DNA of 57,254 nt, counting the filler, from Sphacelaria rigidula (Eukaryota): the NCBI GenBank assembly GCA_964200075.2. It is 5 parts of 5 records of this genome, joined end to end, with 100 filler letters (N's around TTAATTAATTAA, not from the genome) between each part and the next. Parts side by side here need not be neighbours in the genome. Positions count along the whole stretch, not along the records: positions 1 to 11,372 come from CAXNAA020005005.1; positions 11,473 to 22,844 come from CAXNAA020005006.1; 3 more parts are not named here. One strand, written 5' to 3'. The translations under genes and the position numbers were made by a program. The notes beneath the pieces are model-generated. The model saw only the letters and a program-made list of their open reading frames with translations, had not been told where the DNA came from and made no database searches. Numbering within the stretch: position 1 is the first letter of the stretch; every line of letters begins with the position of its first letter. This document shows, piece after piece, positions 1-11,815 of this stretch.

Positions 1-5
1 CACAG

Positions 6-1341
6 AAAGCGGACATCGACGGGTGCCCACGCGGGAGTTAGGCAACCGTCGCTCCCCCTCCCCCCCCCCCCCCCCCCCCCCCCCGCCCCATATCCTGGCG
101 ATCAGGCGCAAAGCCGTGTGGCCTCCAGCACCTTCCTATTTGGACAACCCTGTGGAGCGACCCGGCTATAGTTCCATTGGAATCAACGCTCCTCTCTTGG
201 AGCCAGATTCTCCGCCGCCGCTACATTTACCCGCCCGCTACACTCGACCTGAGCGCCGCCACCACAAGATAGCAAGGACGCAATCCATTCAAAATTCTGG
301 CAGAGGGTCGTCCGTTGAAAAATATAGCAAACCGTCGGCTGCCGGCGGTTGCAGGGTATTGGTGGAATCTGACGATCTCGCCGACGGGTATTCCCCAGAG
401 GGGAAGGGGAGCATGCCGAGGGTAATCAATGATTTCGATCAAAACGATGAGGGATCAGACTACGATTTCGAATCGGTCGGCAACGTGAGTGAAGAAGAAG
501 ATATAGAGCGATATCCAGGAGGGCGTGAACACGACGATAACGATGGCTTGTACCACCACGACGGCGAAGGAAATGCAAAAGCTCGGCAGTTCACGTCCGA
601 CTTTGACACCGGAGACGGAGTCAGTCCGCCACCTCTCTTCCCGCAAAAACCCAGCACTAGCGGTATTCCCGCTAGTCCGTTGCGAAGCGATTCTGATCGT
701 GGGAAGAACGATGAAGCGGGGAAACAGTCGCGAAGGCGACGCCGCGGTTGGGGGCGAGGGAAAGCTTTGGGTGATGTGGATTACAGGAACGGCAACATGG
801 TTGGCGTTGGTGGTGGTGACCTTGACGGTGGTGCCCATGGAGATGATGCAGCCGCGGGAGGCCCGGAAGGGACCGTGGAGCACCGAAATGGCAAGTTGGA
901 GAAGTGGTTTAGGTCCCCCCATGACCACGAGTCTGAGGCGGTGTCCATGTTATCCGAGCAACCCCGACACGATCTCCACCAGCAGCGGCTATTCAACGCT
1001 ATCAGTCCCTCCACCGAGGTACCCACTTCCGGCGCGGGGGTACCAAATGGAGCCCATGGACAGATCAACAACCCCGGTGACCGCGACATGGGCGGTAAGC
1101 ATCCTTGGTTCTCTGATGGGGTAGCGGGCGATGGTTATGTGTCTTTGACGTCTAGGCTTGACTCGAACCTGGTGCATCGTAGAGGGACGGGGGATGAAGT
1201 GCATGCCGGAGGGGACGGGGAAGAAGCTTCAGCCTGTGGGGGCGGAGGCTGGCGGTGCGGGAGTGGCGGGTTGGCCATGTTTCGAGAGCAGCTGTACGAG
1301 GAAGGTCGATCCAAGGGCACAAAGGGCAACTTGGCTTCCAG
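6..1341 (+). CDS. NPC1: NPC1-like exon: large low-complexity cytosolic loop (5' boundary tentative)
   Basis: Open frame 23-1450; donor AG|GTTCGT at 1341/1342 splices in phase to 2127 (GNLASRMLDRYYLPVLF); possible acceptor CACAG at 1-5; the poly-C at about 60-84 may be mis-sized. Confidence 0.55.
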
Positions 1342-4300
1342 GTTCGTGGTCAGCTGGCTTTGCTTTAATTTGTTCTCCGTGTTTTTTGTTGTTGCTGTTG
1401 TTGGTGGTGGTGGTGGTGGTTCTCACATTCGCCCTTTTCCAGAAGTATAGCACTCGTGGTCACAAAGCTATGGCACAAGAACACAGAAGACAGAATACAC
1501 GGGATCATAAGAATAAAACACCCACAAACATGAAACACGGCGTCCCGAAGGGCGGGGTTTGACAAACACGTCAAAGAATGAATGAAATGCACAAAATTAT
1601 TTGTACAACTCGCACGACCAAAACGAATGAAAAAAAACGTCGGCTACATGGTACGTGTGCCATAGAAGGCCAAAAAGCCCTAGTGGGGAACCCGTAGAGG
1701 TCGGAATACAGAATAGGTCAGAGTCAGGACAGGGCAAGGCACAAGGCGTGTAGGTGTGGCTGTGTGTTGTGACGTTTCCGGCTGCGGAGGCGGGCCGTTG
1801 CATTTTGGTTAGATGCTGGATTTTTGATGTTGTGTCGGAAGGCAAAAAGTATGCTTGACCCATGTAGTGGGACAGCCACCAAAAATCAATATGTTTGACC
1901 CAGTCGACGGTTGGTCTGTACACGCAGATAGACCTAGCTGTAGCTAGATTTGTCTGAAACGTTTGGCGGGAAGCTTGGGCAGGTTCAACCGCGGCCCCTC
2001 TCACCTGATCTCAGACCAAAAAAGCTGCACAAAAGTCAAACTACCTCGATAGTCGTCCACTGCTTTACGCTCTATACTTGGCGATGTATTTATTATGTTT
2101 CGTGCTGCACGGTGCCGTCTGTGCAGGATGCTTGACAGGTACTATCTCCCAGTGCTCTTTTCTAGAGGAGGCAGGGTCGTGACTTTGCTTGCAGCGGCCG
2201 GTCTGGCTGTGCTGGGCGGCTTTGGATTGTTCGGCTTACGCATGGGACTCGAACCTCAGCTGGCAGCCCCCACGGATTTTTATTTGCAGGCAAGGATTAC
2301 GTCGCTCTCCAGAAGCGTAGTACTGTCGGCAGCCCGTTTTCTGTTTTCGATGAGTGGTGCTCCGTCTCCAAAGGGATGTGTCGTCAATGATTGAGTAATG
2401 CTGAGGCAAGCAGCAAATCAGTACGCTCCCCCGCCATCCCCGGCGCTCTCAGCCGGAAAAAACGGTGCTCACCACATGTGTACCTCGGATTTGATCACCA
2501 TCGTGAAGAGTCTTGAGCAGCTCCGTGCTGTTTTGCACCCGGCACTTTTTCTTCTATTTACACTCCACGTATACTTTTCTTTTCTTCGTTTTCCCCTTGT
2601 GTTGATGTGCCTATGTCATGTGTCATGTGTCATGTGTCATGTATCATGTGTCATGTATCATGTGTCATGTATCATGTGTCATGTATCATGTGTCATGTAT
2701 CATGTGTCATGTATCATGTGTCATGTATCATGTGTCATGTATCACACGCAGGGTTACTACCATGCGCAGTTTACCCTTGGAGAGGCGGGTCCCCCTGCCT
2801 ACATAGTTTTCACCGACGTGGACTATTTCCGAGCCTTCAATGATTCCGACAGCAGGCAGAGATTCACCGGTGTTAGCAACGGTCTCGCACAGCTACAAAG
2901 GTAAATATCCATGAATAGACTACCTACCACCTCTGACCGTTCGCGTACCCCTCAATTTCACAATGAAAATGTCGGTCAAGTAGTGTACCTCTCCAATATG
3001 ACGTACCATGATGTTCTGGCTGGTAGCTGGTTCTTGTCCCGAAGTTCCGATTCTTATCTTTTTAGTTCTGTCAGGCAAAAACTTGGCGTTATTGGACGTT
3101 CGTTGTTATGGTGTGGACTGATTCAAAGGTACCCAAGTGTTGAATGTGCCCTGCCATGAGATGAATGTCTCGTTCGGGTGTGATTGTCGCAAGTCCATTT
3201 GCTTCGCGCGAACCTCTGCCCGCGTCAACAGCTGTAGTAGAGCGAGAGAGGAAAATGGCGCGCGATTTTCTGATCGGTGAAACGAGAAGTGTCGACCATT
3301 TTTTATTGGTCGACAAACCTTGGTGTTCGGATGACGTTATGCATGGCACAGTTGTTCATGGTGAAAAGTTACTTTGCCTCAAAGGCCGTGGATGACATGA
3401 GCCGATGATTTTGTGTTCTCAACGAGAAAGTGCTTGCCACTCCTCCAGCGCTTTCCCTCTACTGTAGTGTAGTGTAGTGTATGATGGTGCACGATTGAGA
3501 ATTGTCGGGGTAGAGCATGGAGCGTAGAGTGTAGAGCAGCGTATCAGCAGACTGTGGTCTGCAACTGAGTGCATCGGTCTTGATATTAAGAACTTGGTTG
3601 CAGTGTGGCGGGTCTAAACTAGATGTAATAACCGAAGTGGTTTGACTTTGAGTTACAATAGAATACTTGGGTATCTCCGTCTCCGACTCAAATTATGAAG
3701 GTAGTACGGAGAACCGAAACGCTTGGATTGAGTATAGTCCTTCTCAATCACTTGGCTACAGTGTAGCGGTTATGAATCCTGACCAATGGCCAAAGTGACT
3801 TGAGTTTACCATCTCCTTCAACATCCTTTCATTTGGTAGAACTTGTGGTCGACCTCCTGCATTTTTCTGTCTGCTGTCATGCTGTCGGGCGACCAGATAT
3901 GTGCAGGTGCCAATCTACTCCTGGTTCGACACCATGGTCGCCTGGATCAATCAGGCCTCCACCCTGGCTGCCGACTGCCCTGCCCAGATAGAAATCACGT
4001 GAGTCGCGTGTGCAAGCAGTATTGATACGTTGGCTGAGTGATTGTTGCGTTGTTGGATTGTCATTGATACGCTGCTACAAATCCAGCAATAATGTCATGG
4101 AATCAACAGAAACACTCGCAAAATGACCTGTATATATATGTATATTTCAAGATTGAACAGCGTACCTTACCACGAAAATTCGCGGCTGCCTCGTGCATAA
4201 TTGCAAGCTAACTACCCTGTGTTTTGTATTACTGTATCAGCTGGTCATTCGCATGGCGACCTTGTTTTGGTGGTTGCCTCTGCGGTGATGCAAACGGTCT

Positions 4301-6944
4301 GTGGTGAAGACACTCATGTGCAGTTAGTGTTATGCGATCGGGGTCAATCCAATGTTGGCATTATGTATATATGATAAATGGTCTGGCCTGCCTGTTCATT
4401 TACCGGTAAACATCACGTGTCTCTTGCACACATCCAACATATACTTCTCGAGTAATTTCGCCGTGCTTCAGCAATGACTAGCAGGCCGTGGCAGCCATTT
4501 CGTCGTTTTTTCGTGTGCTGCCACGTTTCTCTTCTCTCGTGCATCGTAGCTGGGTGTATCATATCTTGGGTGGTGCAACGACGTCTGCGCTCGTAGTATG
4601 TAATTCTGGAATGAGATACGAACAGTGTTTTTGCAATATTAAAGTTTTATTAATAACACCGATTTTGGAATATTTTGGGAAAGAAGTATTTCAAATTCCT
4701 TTCTTGAAATATTTGGAGGGGAGAGAGCTCAAACAACATTATGGAGTAGATCTTCAAAACGAATTTCGAAAGATGGTGTCTTGAAACTAATGTATGTTTG
4801 AAAACATCAAGCACCGTTTTGTCGTATCAACAGTTACCCACATACTGCTGTACTGCTTTAGTGCTCTTGTACCCAGCGTGCATGTGTGTTACTGCGTATG
4901 CGCCTCACCTTCTGTTTCCGGTCCTTGCAGCGGTGGAAAGAAGGTACGGCAATGCATTTTTAACGACTCAAATGTGACGTACCCAATGTAAGCCCGTCTC
5001 CCCAATATGATGCAGCCAGCTGACGGTGGATTTGCTGGATTAGTTTACTCTGCCCTCCGTAATGTCAACCTCTTCTGTTGGATCATGACTTTTATCAGCG
5101 ACGAGGCATCATTTTATGCCATGGTTGACACGTTCCTGTCTATTCCGATCGAGAGCCAGTGCTGCCAGTCCTACGGCGTATGCGGCGCTCAGTTCGAGAC
5201 GGACGTGGCGTTTGATAAGTGAGTACCCGGAATACCTGGTTAGGGCACACTAGATCCGTAGTTATAGGTTGTCGCGGTGTGCTTGAAATGCAGGGCGCAT
5301 CGTGGTTGTTGGTTTGGCTCCATCTGCCGTGAAGTGTCGAGCGTCATGTGTGCATCATCTCTATGTTGATACTGCCACTCTCTTGCTGTGCCGTACCGTC
5401 TGGAAAACCACGATGCATGGTTTTGCTTCAAGTGCACACGAGGCCTTGGTTTCTTGCTCGACCTTGCTTCCGGTTCCACACTCGCCCGAACACTGCAAAG
5501 TCCACGGAGCCGTCGCTCGGCACGGCGAACAGTGTTATGGGGCAGGCTTGTACCATATTCTACGATTAGTTCGAGCACATAACCTTGCGTGAATTTTTCA
5601 GCGAGACAGATGAAGATCATGGGATTACCCCCCTAGCGTGCGCTGTGATGTGTTCAGCGGTCTATGCCGTGCATGTAACTGGCTCATCGTCTGCGGGATG
5701 TCTAAGTTTTTCTTTTTCAGTAGGACTTTCGCGTTTGTCGTAAATTGGTTGATGACTCGATTTCAAAGTGAACGCCGATGTTCGGGTGCTGAAACATGTT
5801 GACGCTCCCGAGTGCTCCTTGTTCATCAAAACGTGTTTTTGTCAACATCGACGCCGATTTGAAGTCTGCCAGCCACTCTTCGCACCCCCCTTGTCCGAGG
5901 GTTCTCGTATGCCTCGGGGTGGGGTTAGGGTTAGCGTTGGGGTTCGCGTTAGTTCAAAGTCGTGTTCAAAGTCGTGTTCAAAGTCTATCTCCGCAATCAT
6001 TTTGACGACAACTGCGCAAGCCCAAGTCTTGTTTTCCCTCTGTCTTTCTTTCTCGTGGTTACTAAACGGTGTTATGTGCGATGTTTGTTCTAATTGGACC
6101 ATGTGATGTGTCTTGAAACCATCTGCATGGGCCCACTGGGGTTGTACCGGGATGGCAGCGGGGGAGGAGAGGAGGGAGACCCACGGAGAATTCGTGCGTC
6201 GAGATTGCGGTTCAATCTTCAACCCCTCATGACCCAGCGCGATTTCGTCAATTCATATTACTATATCAAGGTCGCCATGGATCAGGTACGGTGCTGTGGT
6301 GTGACGGGTGTACCGAGGTGTTCGTTTGTTGTACGAATGTGACGCGTTGTGATGTTTGCGGTGTGGCATGGGGCCAGATGTTTCGTCGGTATTCTGCTTT
6401 CAGGTTGAAGCTTTCCAAGCTTCCCGGATCATATCTTCCCCAAAACTGGCGTTGTGATGTGGTGAGACTGTGACTCCGAGTCCCGACAGACACGGTCATT
6501 CTGAGAAGGGTTTAGCTTCCGTCGTTGACAGCGTTAGGATGCGAGTAGAAAAAAAAATGATGTTTCGGCGAGAGTCGACAGGGTGCCAGATTGCTGATTC
6601 AATCCTCGATACTGCAATATTCAGGCGTGTACTGTGAGATGGGTTGGTTCCTTGATTCTACTACCACACCCTGGACATTAGATTACACTATCTGAAAGTG
6701 TACTGCGTACAGTATAGCATCTATTGTCTATTGTGATGGACGCAGTAGTCGATACCGTACGTAGTACACTTTCTGACAATGTACTCTGTTGTCATCATCC
6801 AGGCTTCACGACTCGTCCCGAGGAAAGGGAGGGGTTGATGAATATCTGATCAAGACATGCTTCTATTAACTAACCTTGTTTATTACGTTCGAAAAAGCCT
6901 TCGCGAAATGTTATCATTATATTTATCATCATCATGATCATCAT

Positions 6945-7025
<81 letters not shown>

Positions 7026-10000
7026 ATTGTTGTTACTTATTTATTTGTCACACGTTGAACCTCTCCCCTTCGTCGGGACGAGTCCGTGGTCTCGAGGGAC
7101 CAACTCGTCTCTCCCCTGTACACGCCTTCCGTAAGACCTCGCGGATTGGGCCAGCCTTCCCGCACCGCGTCAACTCTCGTCAAATAAACTCAGCCAACTA
7201 CTTTTTGTTTACTCACGTACTAACGCTTCCGGTCATGGGAATCAGGCAATTTGAAGAACAAACCCAACGCATCGGAAATCGAACCCCCATTCTCTCCACC
7301 GTAGTGCTGACCATCAGATCATTTTAATTTACATCACCGGGGCGCGGCCGTATTTGCATAGTAGCGATGAAATGGTAGCACATTACTTTCTTGGTTGCCA
7401 TACGCTACAGACGACATCCGGCGTGCACGGCCGCCTTGTACAGCTATTTCTATGAAACGCCGGCACTCTATCAATAACTCCCCCCCTGATTATCATACGG
7501 CGCTTGGTCCTTGTTGATCCCCGCCGAATGCTCTCATCAACCCGTGTGCACGGCCTATGCTGTGAACTATCGATACATGGCCCTCATGGACCGGTTCAAA
7601 CGACAGCTAGCGGACGAACTGCCGGAGCGCTACGAGGGCCAGAGAGAGGCTAACGAGCATGTTGGCAACCTGGCGTTCCCGTACAGCCTTTACTTCGTTT
7701 TCTACGAGCAGTACGCCTATATTCAGGTGAGAAAGTTGTAGTACCAATCGTCGGAGCTGCCCCGCCCCCAAAACACCTACTTGCTCGGCCCCGTGGGGCC
7801 TACGGCATGACGTCGTGCCATATCTTTCACAGTTTGACGCATGCTGTCCAACTTTACTCGCTGAGTGTATGACGGACGAGCTTTCAATATGTTTCTTTTT
7901 TTGTTATCCGATGCGTACAGTGTATATGCTGAGCATATCATGGACGACCTTCTAATCTTGTTTATCCGACGCAGACGTGTTCACACGCTGAGCATGTCGT
8001 GGGCAAGCTTCCATGCACAATTTTGCGTGCCCACGCGCATCAGAGTATGAAGTATCGATGCTCGCAGAACGCCATGCTCCACATGGTCGCCCTTTCCAAT
8101 CCCTGCCCCTCTTCAATACATGCCTTCGCATTTCATTTCTTCTTATCTTTTCGTAAATGTTGTTATCGATTTTCGTGTTGGAACACAGGGAGTTGCGCTG
8201 CAGAATATAGCGTTGGCGCTGGCTGTGGTGTTCATTGCCCTGGGCGTTCTATCTGGCTTTGCCATTGCCTCCGTAGTCACAGCCCTGGTGCTCGGCACTA
8301 CCCTGGGGACTGTTGGCTTGGTGAGTGCATCGATCCCAATCGACGCTTGAAAGAGTACTGTGTAGATTCGAAAACTCCGAAGGCAAGAGACGCTCGAATA
8401 GGACGGCAGGGCCGTCCAGGATAACAGCATCCCTGAGGATATCACATCGTTTGGTATTTGGTACTTTTTGATGATTTTCCGATCTTTGTCCAAAGCTGTT
8501 TGCCCGAGCGCCTTTGTCTGCGAGTTTCGTTGTTGGTACAGCTCTCTGTCGTGAGGATCTTTCCCCATAGCTCATTGCTGTTGCAGTGTGGCGGTGACTG
8601 CTGTGGAGCACGTACCATGTCGTGCGAGTCTGGGTCTCGGTTCATGTAGATTCTCTGCTGGGTGGCGTTTTGATATGCCGGGATATACTGTCCTCCCCAA
8701 CCGCGCTTTTTTTCTGGAGATGTCGCGTGTCAAGCGCGTTCAAACGTTACATACTTCGCTTGGAAATCATGTTGGATTCTTTGCCCGTGCGTGCATTGAT
8801 TGTTTTCCGCTTCCGTCAATTTCGGGCGTGTGCATGATTGCGGTTTGCAGTACAGAGCTCCCCCTCTACTTTCATTTCCGTCCGATATGATTTCCGGCGG
8901 TAGTGCGGTAGAGTCCGCACAAATGGCCTTTGGTGATATCCTGCGTATCTTGCGCATCAACGAATAATAAATCGCGCTCAAGCTCTTGCATATTAGACGC
9001 GTGTGAACTGGTCGACAAATTTTATGGCTGGACAAACACTTAATTTCAAATGTAGACCATCATTTTCGGATATTTCGAGGGCCCACAATCCGAGGTGCAC
9101 TTCAGCGCGCGCTGGACTCGTGTTACTCAAAAATGCGCTGACTTAAGTTCCGCCAGTGCATACTTTGTCTAGGACAACATATATATCATCATGCCTGAGG
9201 GTTCTCGGCGTGTCTTGTGTTGGGGCTGGGTTATGGGTGGGGTAAAGGTTAGGGTTAGCCACTTGCAGGGCTCGACAAGAAGAGAGGATGTTCAGCGGTG
9301 GAATTTGTCCACCGGTTCGCGTAGGCATACCTCTCATCATGTCTCTTTCCTTGTGCATCCTTGTGTGCTGCCTCTAGGTGTGGGCATGGGGAGAGCTATC
9401 CTCCGCCCCGTTCGCGGTCTCCATCAACGCAGTTTCCGTGTGCAATCTGGTGAGATTTGCTGTGCGCCACTTCTACCCTAAAGTCATCCTATGTGGTCAT
9501 ACTCGGAATATTGTGGTCATACTCGGAATATTGTCGCATTTTTGCAGCCATCACCCACACCCGGTTGGGTCAGGTTTTGCGATGATGGATCTCCGCTGCC
9601 ATTTTTGTTCGGTCTGCAGTATCTAGTGTCCCGCAACAAAAGGAACGGCACCACGGTTGCCCATGTGTTAGCCTGGCACGTCGCTTACCTTGACGGAGCG
9701 GATGGGATGTGGTTGTGATTAACTTACTCCTTCTACACCGCTGTTTCTGAAGTAAGACGCACCATGTGTGGAAAGTTGTCCCAGGATCCGAAATGCCTCG
9801 TGAGGATAGTTGAGTTCAGATGTAAGGATGGTTAGAGTGGGGATATTTTGTTGTGGTGTTGGGCTACTTCTTATGTATAAAAAACGAAACTTGTTGAAAA
9901 GTGCATTATTGGCCCTTCTTCGTCATTTTTCCTCCGAAAAGAGAGCTAGACGGATGTTGACGCTTTGGAATGACTTGCTCTACTCGCTGAGACGGTTCCA

Positions 10001-10918
10001 GACCACCTTTGCGTTTCCCGTAGGTCACGGTTTTGTTTTCGGCCAGACTTGCATTTTCAGTGACACACGGTCAAGTTATAAAAAAAACAGGGCTGAAACT
10101 GACATTTTTTTGGTGACTTGATCGTTTGTTATTGAAGATGCAAGTTTGGCCAGAAACGAAAGCGTTACCTACGGGAAACGCAAAGTTGGTCTGGAACCAT
10201 CTCAGCGAGTAGAGCAAGTCATTCCAAAGTGTCAACGTCCGTCTTGCCCTCTTTTCGTTGGGAAAACGACGGAGAAGGGCCAAAAATGCACTTGTCAACG
10301 AGTTTTGTTTTGTTTTACACAAGAAGTAGCCTTGTTTCATAAAACGGGAAGTTTGGAAATAGAAATGTTGGGCTGCGCTTGACGGAACACTGTTTTGCGG
10401 TAGGTATTAGGCCTCTCCTCCCGGAGGACTTGCGCGCGAGCCAGTTTCCACCGCCTTGGGAAAGACCGCCTTATCACTGTATTTTATCTTGTTAACTGGT
10501 TGGGTAACGTTCTTCTTATTGATTGATTGTCTCATATAAACTGATCCACTACCGTTCATGTGGTCCAGCTAGGGTCGCAAGGTACGTGGGGCCAAGGCGA
10601 AGGAAAACAGGCGGGAAGATTCGCCACATTGAACCCAAATAATTCATGATTGTACCAGATGGAACCCCCCCCCCCCCCCCCCCCCCCCCCACCTGCCCCC
10701 TGAAAAAGAAAAAAACAAGAGGTAACAGGCAGAAGGAGGTGGGCACAATACGACCGAAACAACAGTATGCTGAAGAGACGCCGGGCTGATTTTTTTTTTC
10801 CATCGCTGTACCCTTCACTCCCTCCTGCGTGGACCGCACGACAGGTGATGTCTTTGGGGCTGTCCGTGGAGTTCTGCTTGCATGTGGCCATCGCTTTCCA
10901 AAGCGTACCCGGCACTAG
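6..10918 (+). CDS. NPC1: Niemann-Pick C1-like (Patched/SSD family) sterol transporter, partial spliced gene (C-terminal half; last exons not in contig)
   Basis: Exons 6-1341, 2127-2289, 2752-2900, 3897-3998, 5099-5218, 6159-6285, 7607-7726, 8189-8320, 9378-9449 and 10845-10918 join with consistent phase. They give NPC1 hallmark motifs GLEPQLAAPTDFYLQGYY..GEAGPPAYIV, SWFD, FPYSLYFVFYEQY, SINAVSVCNLVMSLGLSVEFCLHV. Confidence 0.9.
1385..1760. repeat. Dispersed repeat (possibly a reversed retroelement 3' end with microsatellite tail)
   Basis: CCCTTTTCCAGAA..TAGC.CTCGTGGTCAC...AAACACGGCG.CCGAAG.GCGGGGTT is shared with about 24805-25100; preceded by (GTT/GGT)n. Confidence 0.55.
2127..2289 (+). CDS. 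NPC1: NPC1-like exon (TM helix preceding C-terminal luminal domain)
   Basis: MLDRYYLPVLFSRGGRVVTLLAAAGLAVLGGFGLFGLRMGLEPQLAAPTDFYLQ; acceptor GTGCAG; donor is GCAAGG. Confidence 0.85.
2613..2742. repeat. 7-bp minisatellite (ATGTGTC/ATGTATC)n
   Basis: Directly visible tandem array just upstream of the acceptor at 2751. Confidence 0.95.
2752..2900 (+). CDS. NPC1: NPC1-like exon
   Basis: GYYHAQFTLGEAGPPAYIVFTDVDY...; CAG acceptor, GTAAAT donor. Confidence 0.9.
3897..3998 (+). CDS. NPC1: NPC1-like exon
   Basis: YVQVPIYSWFDTMVAWINQASTLAADCPAQIEIT; CAG/GTGAGT; phase-consistent. Confidence 0.85.
5099..5218 (+). CDS. NPC1: NPC1-like exon
   Basis: DEASFYAMVDTFLSIPIESQCCQSYGVCGAQFETDVAFD; CAG/GTGAGT. 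Confidence 0.85.
6159..6285 (+). CDS. NPC1: NPC1-like exon
   Basis: RIRASRLRFNLQPLMTQRDFVNSYYYIKVAMDQ; CAG/GTACGG. Confidence 0.85.
6950..7350 (-). mobile_element. tRNA-headed SINE-like element with (CAA)n tail
   Basis: Minus strand has a B-box-like GGTTCGATTTCC near 7275-7287 and ends in the (GTT)n microsatellite at about 6952-7032. Confidence 0.5.
7607..7726 (+). CDS. NPC1: NPC1-like exon
   Basis: LAFPYSLYFVFYEQYAYIQ hallmark motif; CAG/GTGAGA. Confidence 0.9.
8189..8320 (+). CDS. NPC1: NPC1-like exon (TM helices)
   Basis: GVALQNIALALAVVFIALGVLSGFAIASVVTALVLGTTLGTVGL; CAG/GTGAGT. Confidence 0.88.
9378..9449 (+). CDS. NPC1: NPC1-like exon
   Basis: VWAWGELSSAPFAVSINAVSVCNL; TAG/GTGAGA. 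Confidence 0.88.
9862..10331. mobile_element. Palindromic (foldback) MITE, copy 1
   Basis: GGCTACTTCTT...AAGAAGTAGCC ends; imperfect inverted arms along the whole length; related to 33235-33702 and 47144-47628. Confidence 0.8.
10845..10918 (+). CDS. NPC1: NPC1-like exon
   Basis: VMSLGLSVEFCLHVAIAFQSVPGT (GxSVEFCxH motif); CAG/GTAAAA; not in the ORF track, translated by hand. Confidence 0.88.
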
Positions 10919-11372
10919 GTAAAATATATGTCCCGCTGTATTGCGCGAACGTTTAAACCTGCTCTTTATTCTCACGGGTTGATGGGCGAAGCCCGAACGG
11001 CGCATCAAGAGATTGTGTTGAATGTGCCGGATGTGCTCGTTGGCGCCTATCGCTTCGCGCAGCGTTTGATCTTTTGGCCCCCCATCAGGTCAAGTGTTTA
11101 GCTTGTCCGAGATGCAGTCACACTACATACTAAAACATGACAGGCGAGACAAACCCTGGGCCCATTTTCTGAGAGGCTCACGTATCCACCCCGTCACGTG
11201 TTTTGTTTCTATGGTGTGTTTCAGGTTCCGTTCTGCTGTGCCCAGGTCGGTCGATTGATTTTGATCGTTGCACATCAGCTAACTCCCGAGGGATGTGACG
11301 TGATCTGTTTTTTTTTTGTCCCCAGAAGACAGGAAGGAACCTTAAACCATGCACTTCGGTCTCTCTAGTTTC

Positions 11373-11472
11373 NNNNNNNNNNNNNNNNNNNNNNNNNNNN
11401 NNNNNNNNNNNNNNNNTTAATTAATTAANNNNNNNNNNNNNNNNNNNNNNNNNNNNNNNNNNNNNNNNNNNN
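11373..11472. other. Artificial contig linker N44-TTAATTAATTAA-N44
   Basis: Identical 100-bp spacer with stops in all six frames, repeated four times in the window. Confidence 0.97.
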
Positions 11473-11559
11473 TCGGAATCAATTTCAAGTGAAAAAAGTA
11501 TGCATGATCCAGAAAGACTAATCTCGCGGTCTAAGGGTTAAACCTCAATTCACACAATT

Positions 11560-11815
11560 ATTTATTGTTAAACATAGCCTTCAGGCTATACCCCACCCTT
11601 TTTCTTTGAGCCAATTTTTTACTGGGGTTTTTCTCTCCTTGGGGCCTACTTGTCATACTGTGGAGGTTGTCTCTCCTCTTCTTTTCTTCAAAGAGATTGC
11701 GTCCGACAGGAATCGAACCAGCGGCTAACTTTTGTTACAGTTTAAGAGACAACCAACTAGACTACTAACCAGTCAGCGCTGACTGGTCAGTAGTCTAGTT
11801 AGCTGTCTCTTAAAC
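11560..11815 (-). mobile_element. tRNA-derived SINE-like element with inverted duplicated head
   Basis: Minus strand TAGTCTAGTTGG (A box) and GGTTCGATTCC (B box); head duplicated head-to-head at 11740-11815. Confidence 0.5.

Noticed and set aside
2398-2904. Cys/His/Met-rich repeat ORFs (CHVSCVMYHVS...) resembling metallothionein
   Set aside because: Translation of an intronic 7-bp minisatellite; only 2752-2900 is exon.
6876-7134. Poly-Val and poly-Leu ORFs
   Set aside because: (GTT)n microsatellite in an intron.
11373-11472. TTAATTAATTAA palindrome inside N runs (four occurrences)
   Set aside because: Assembly linker with six-frame stops, not biology. It also means NPC1, MC5E, the Helitron and PSMD5 cannot be treated as a gene cluster.
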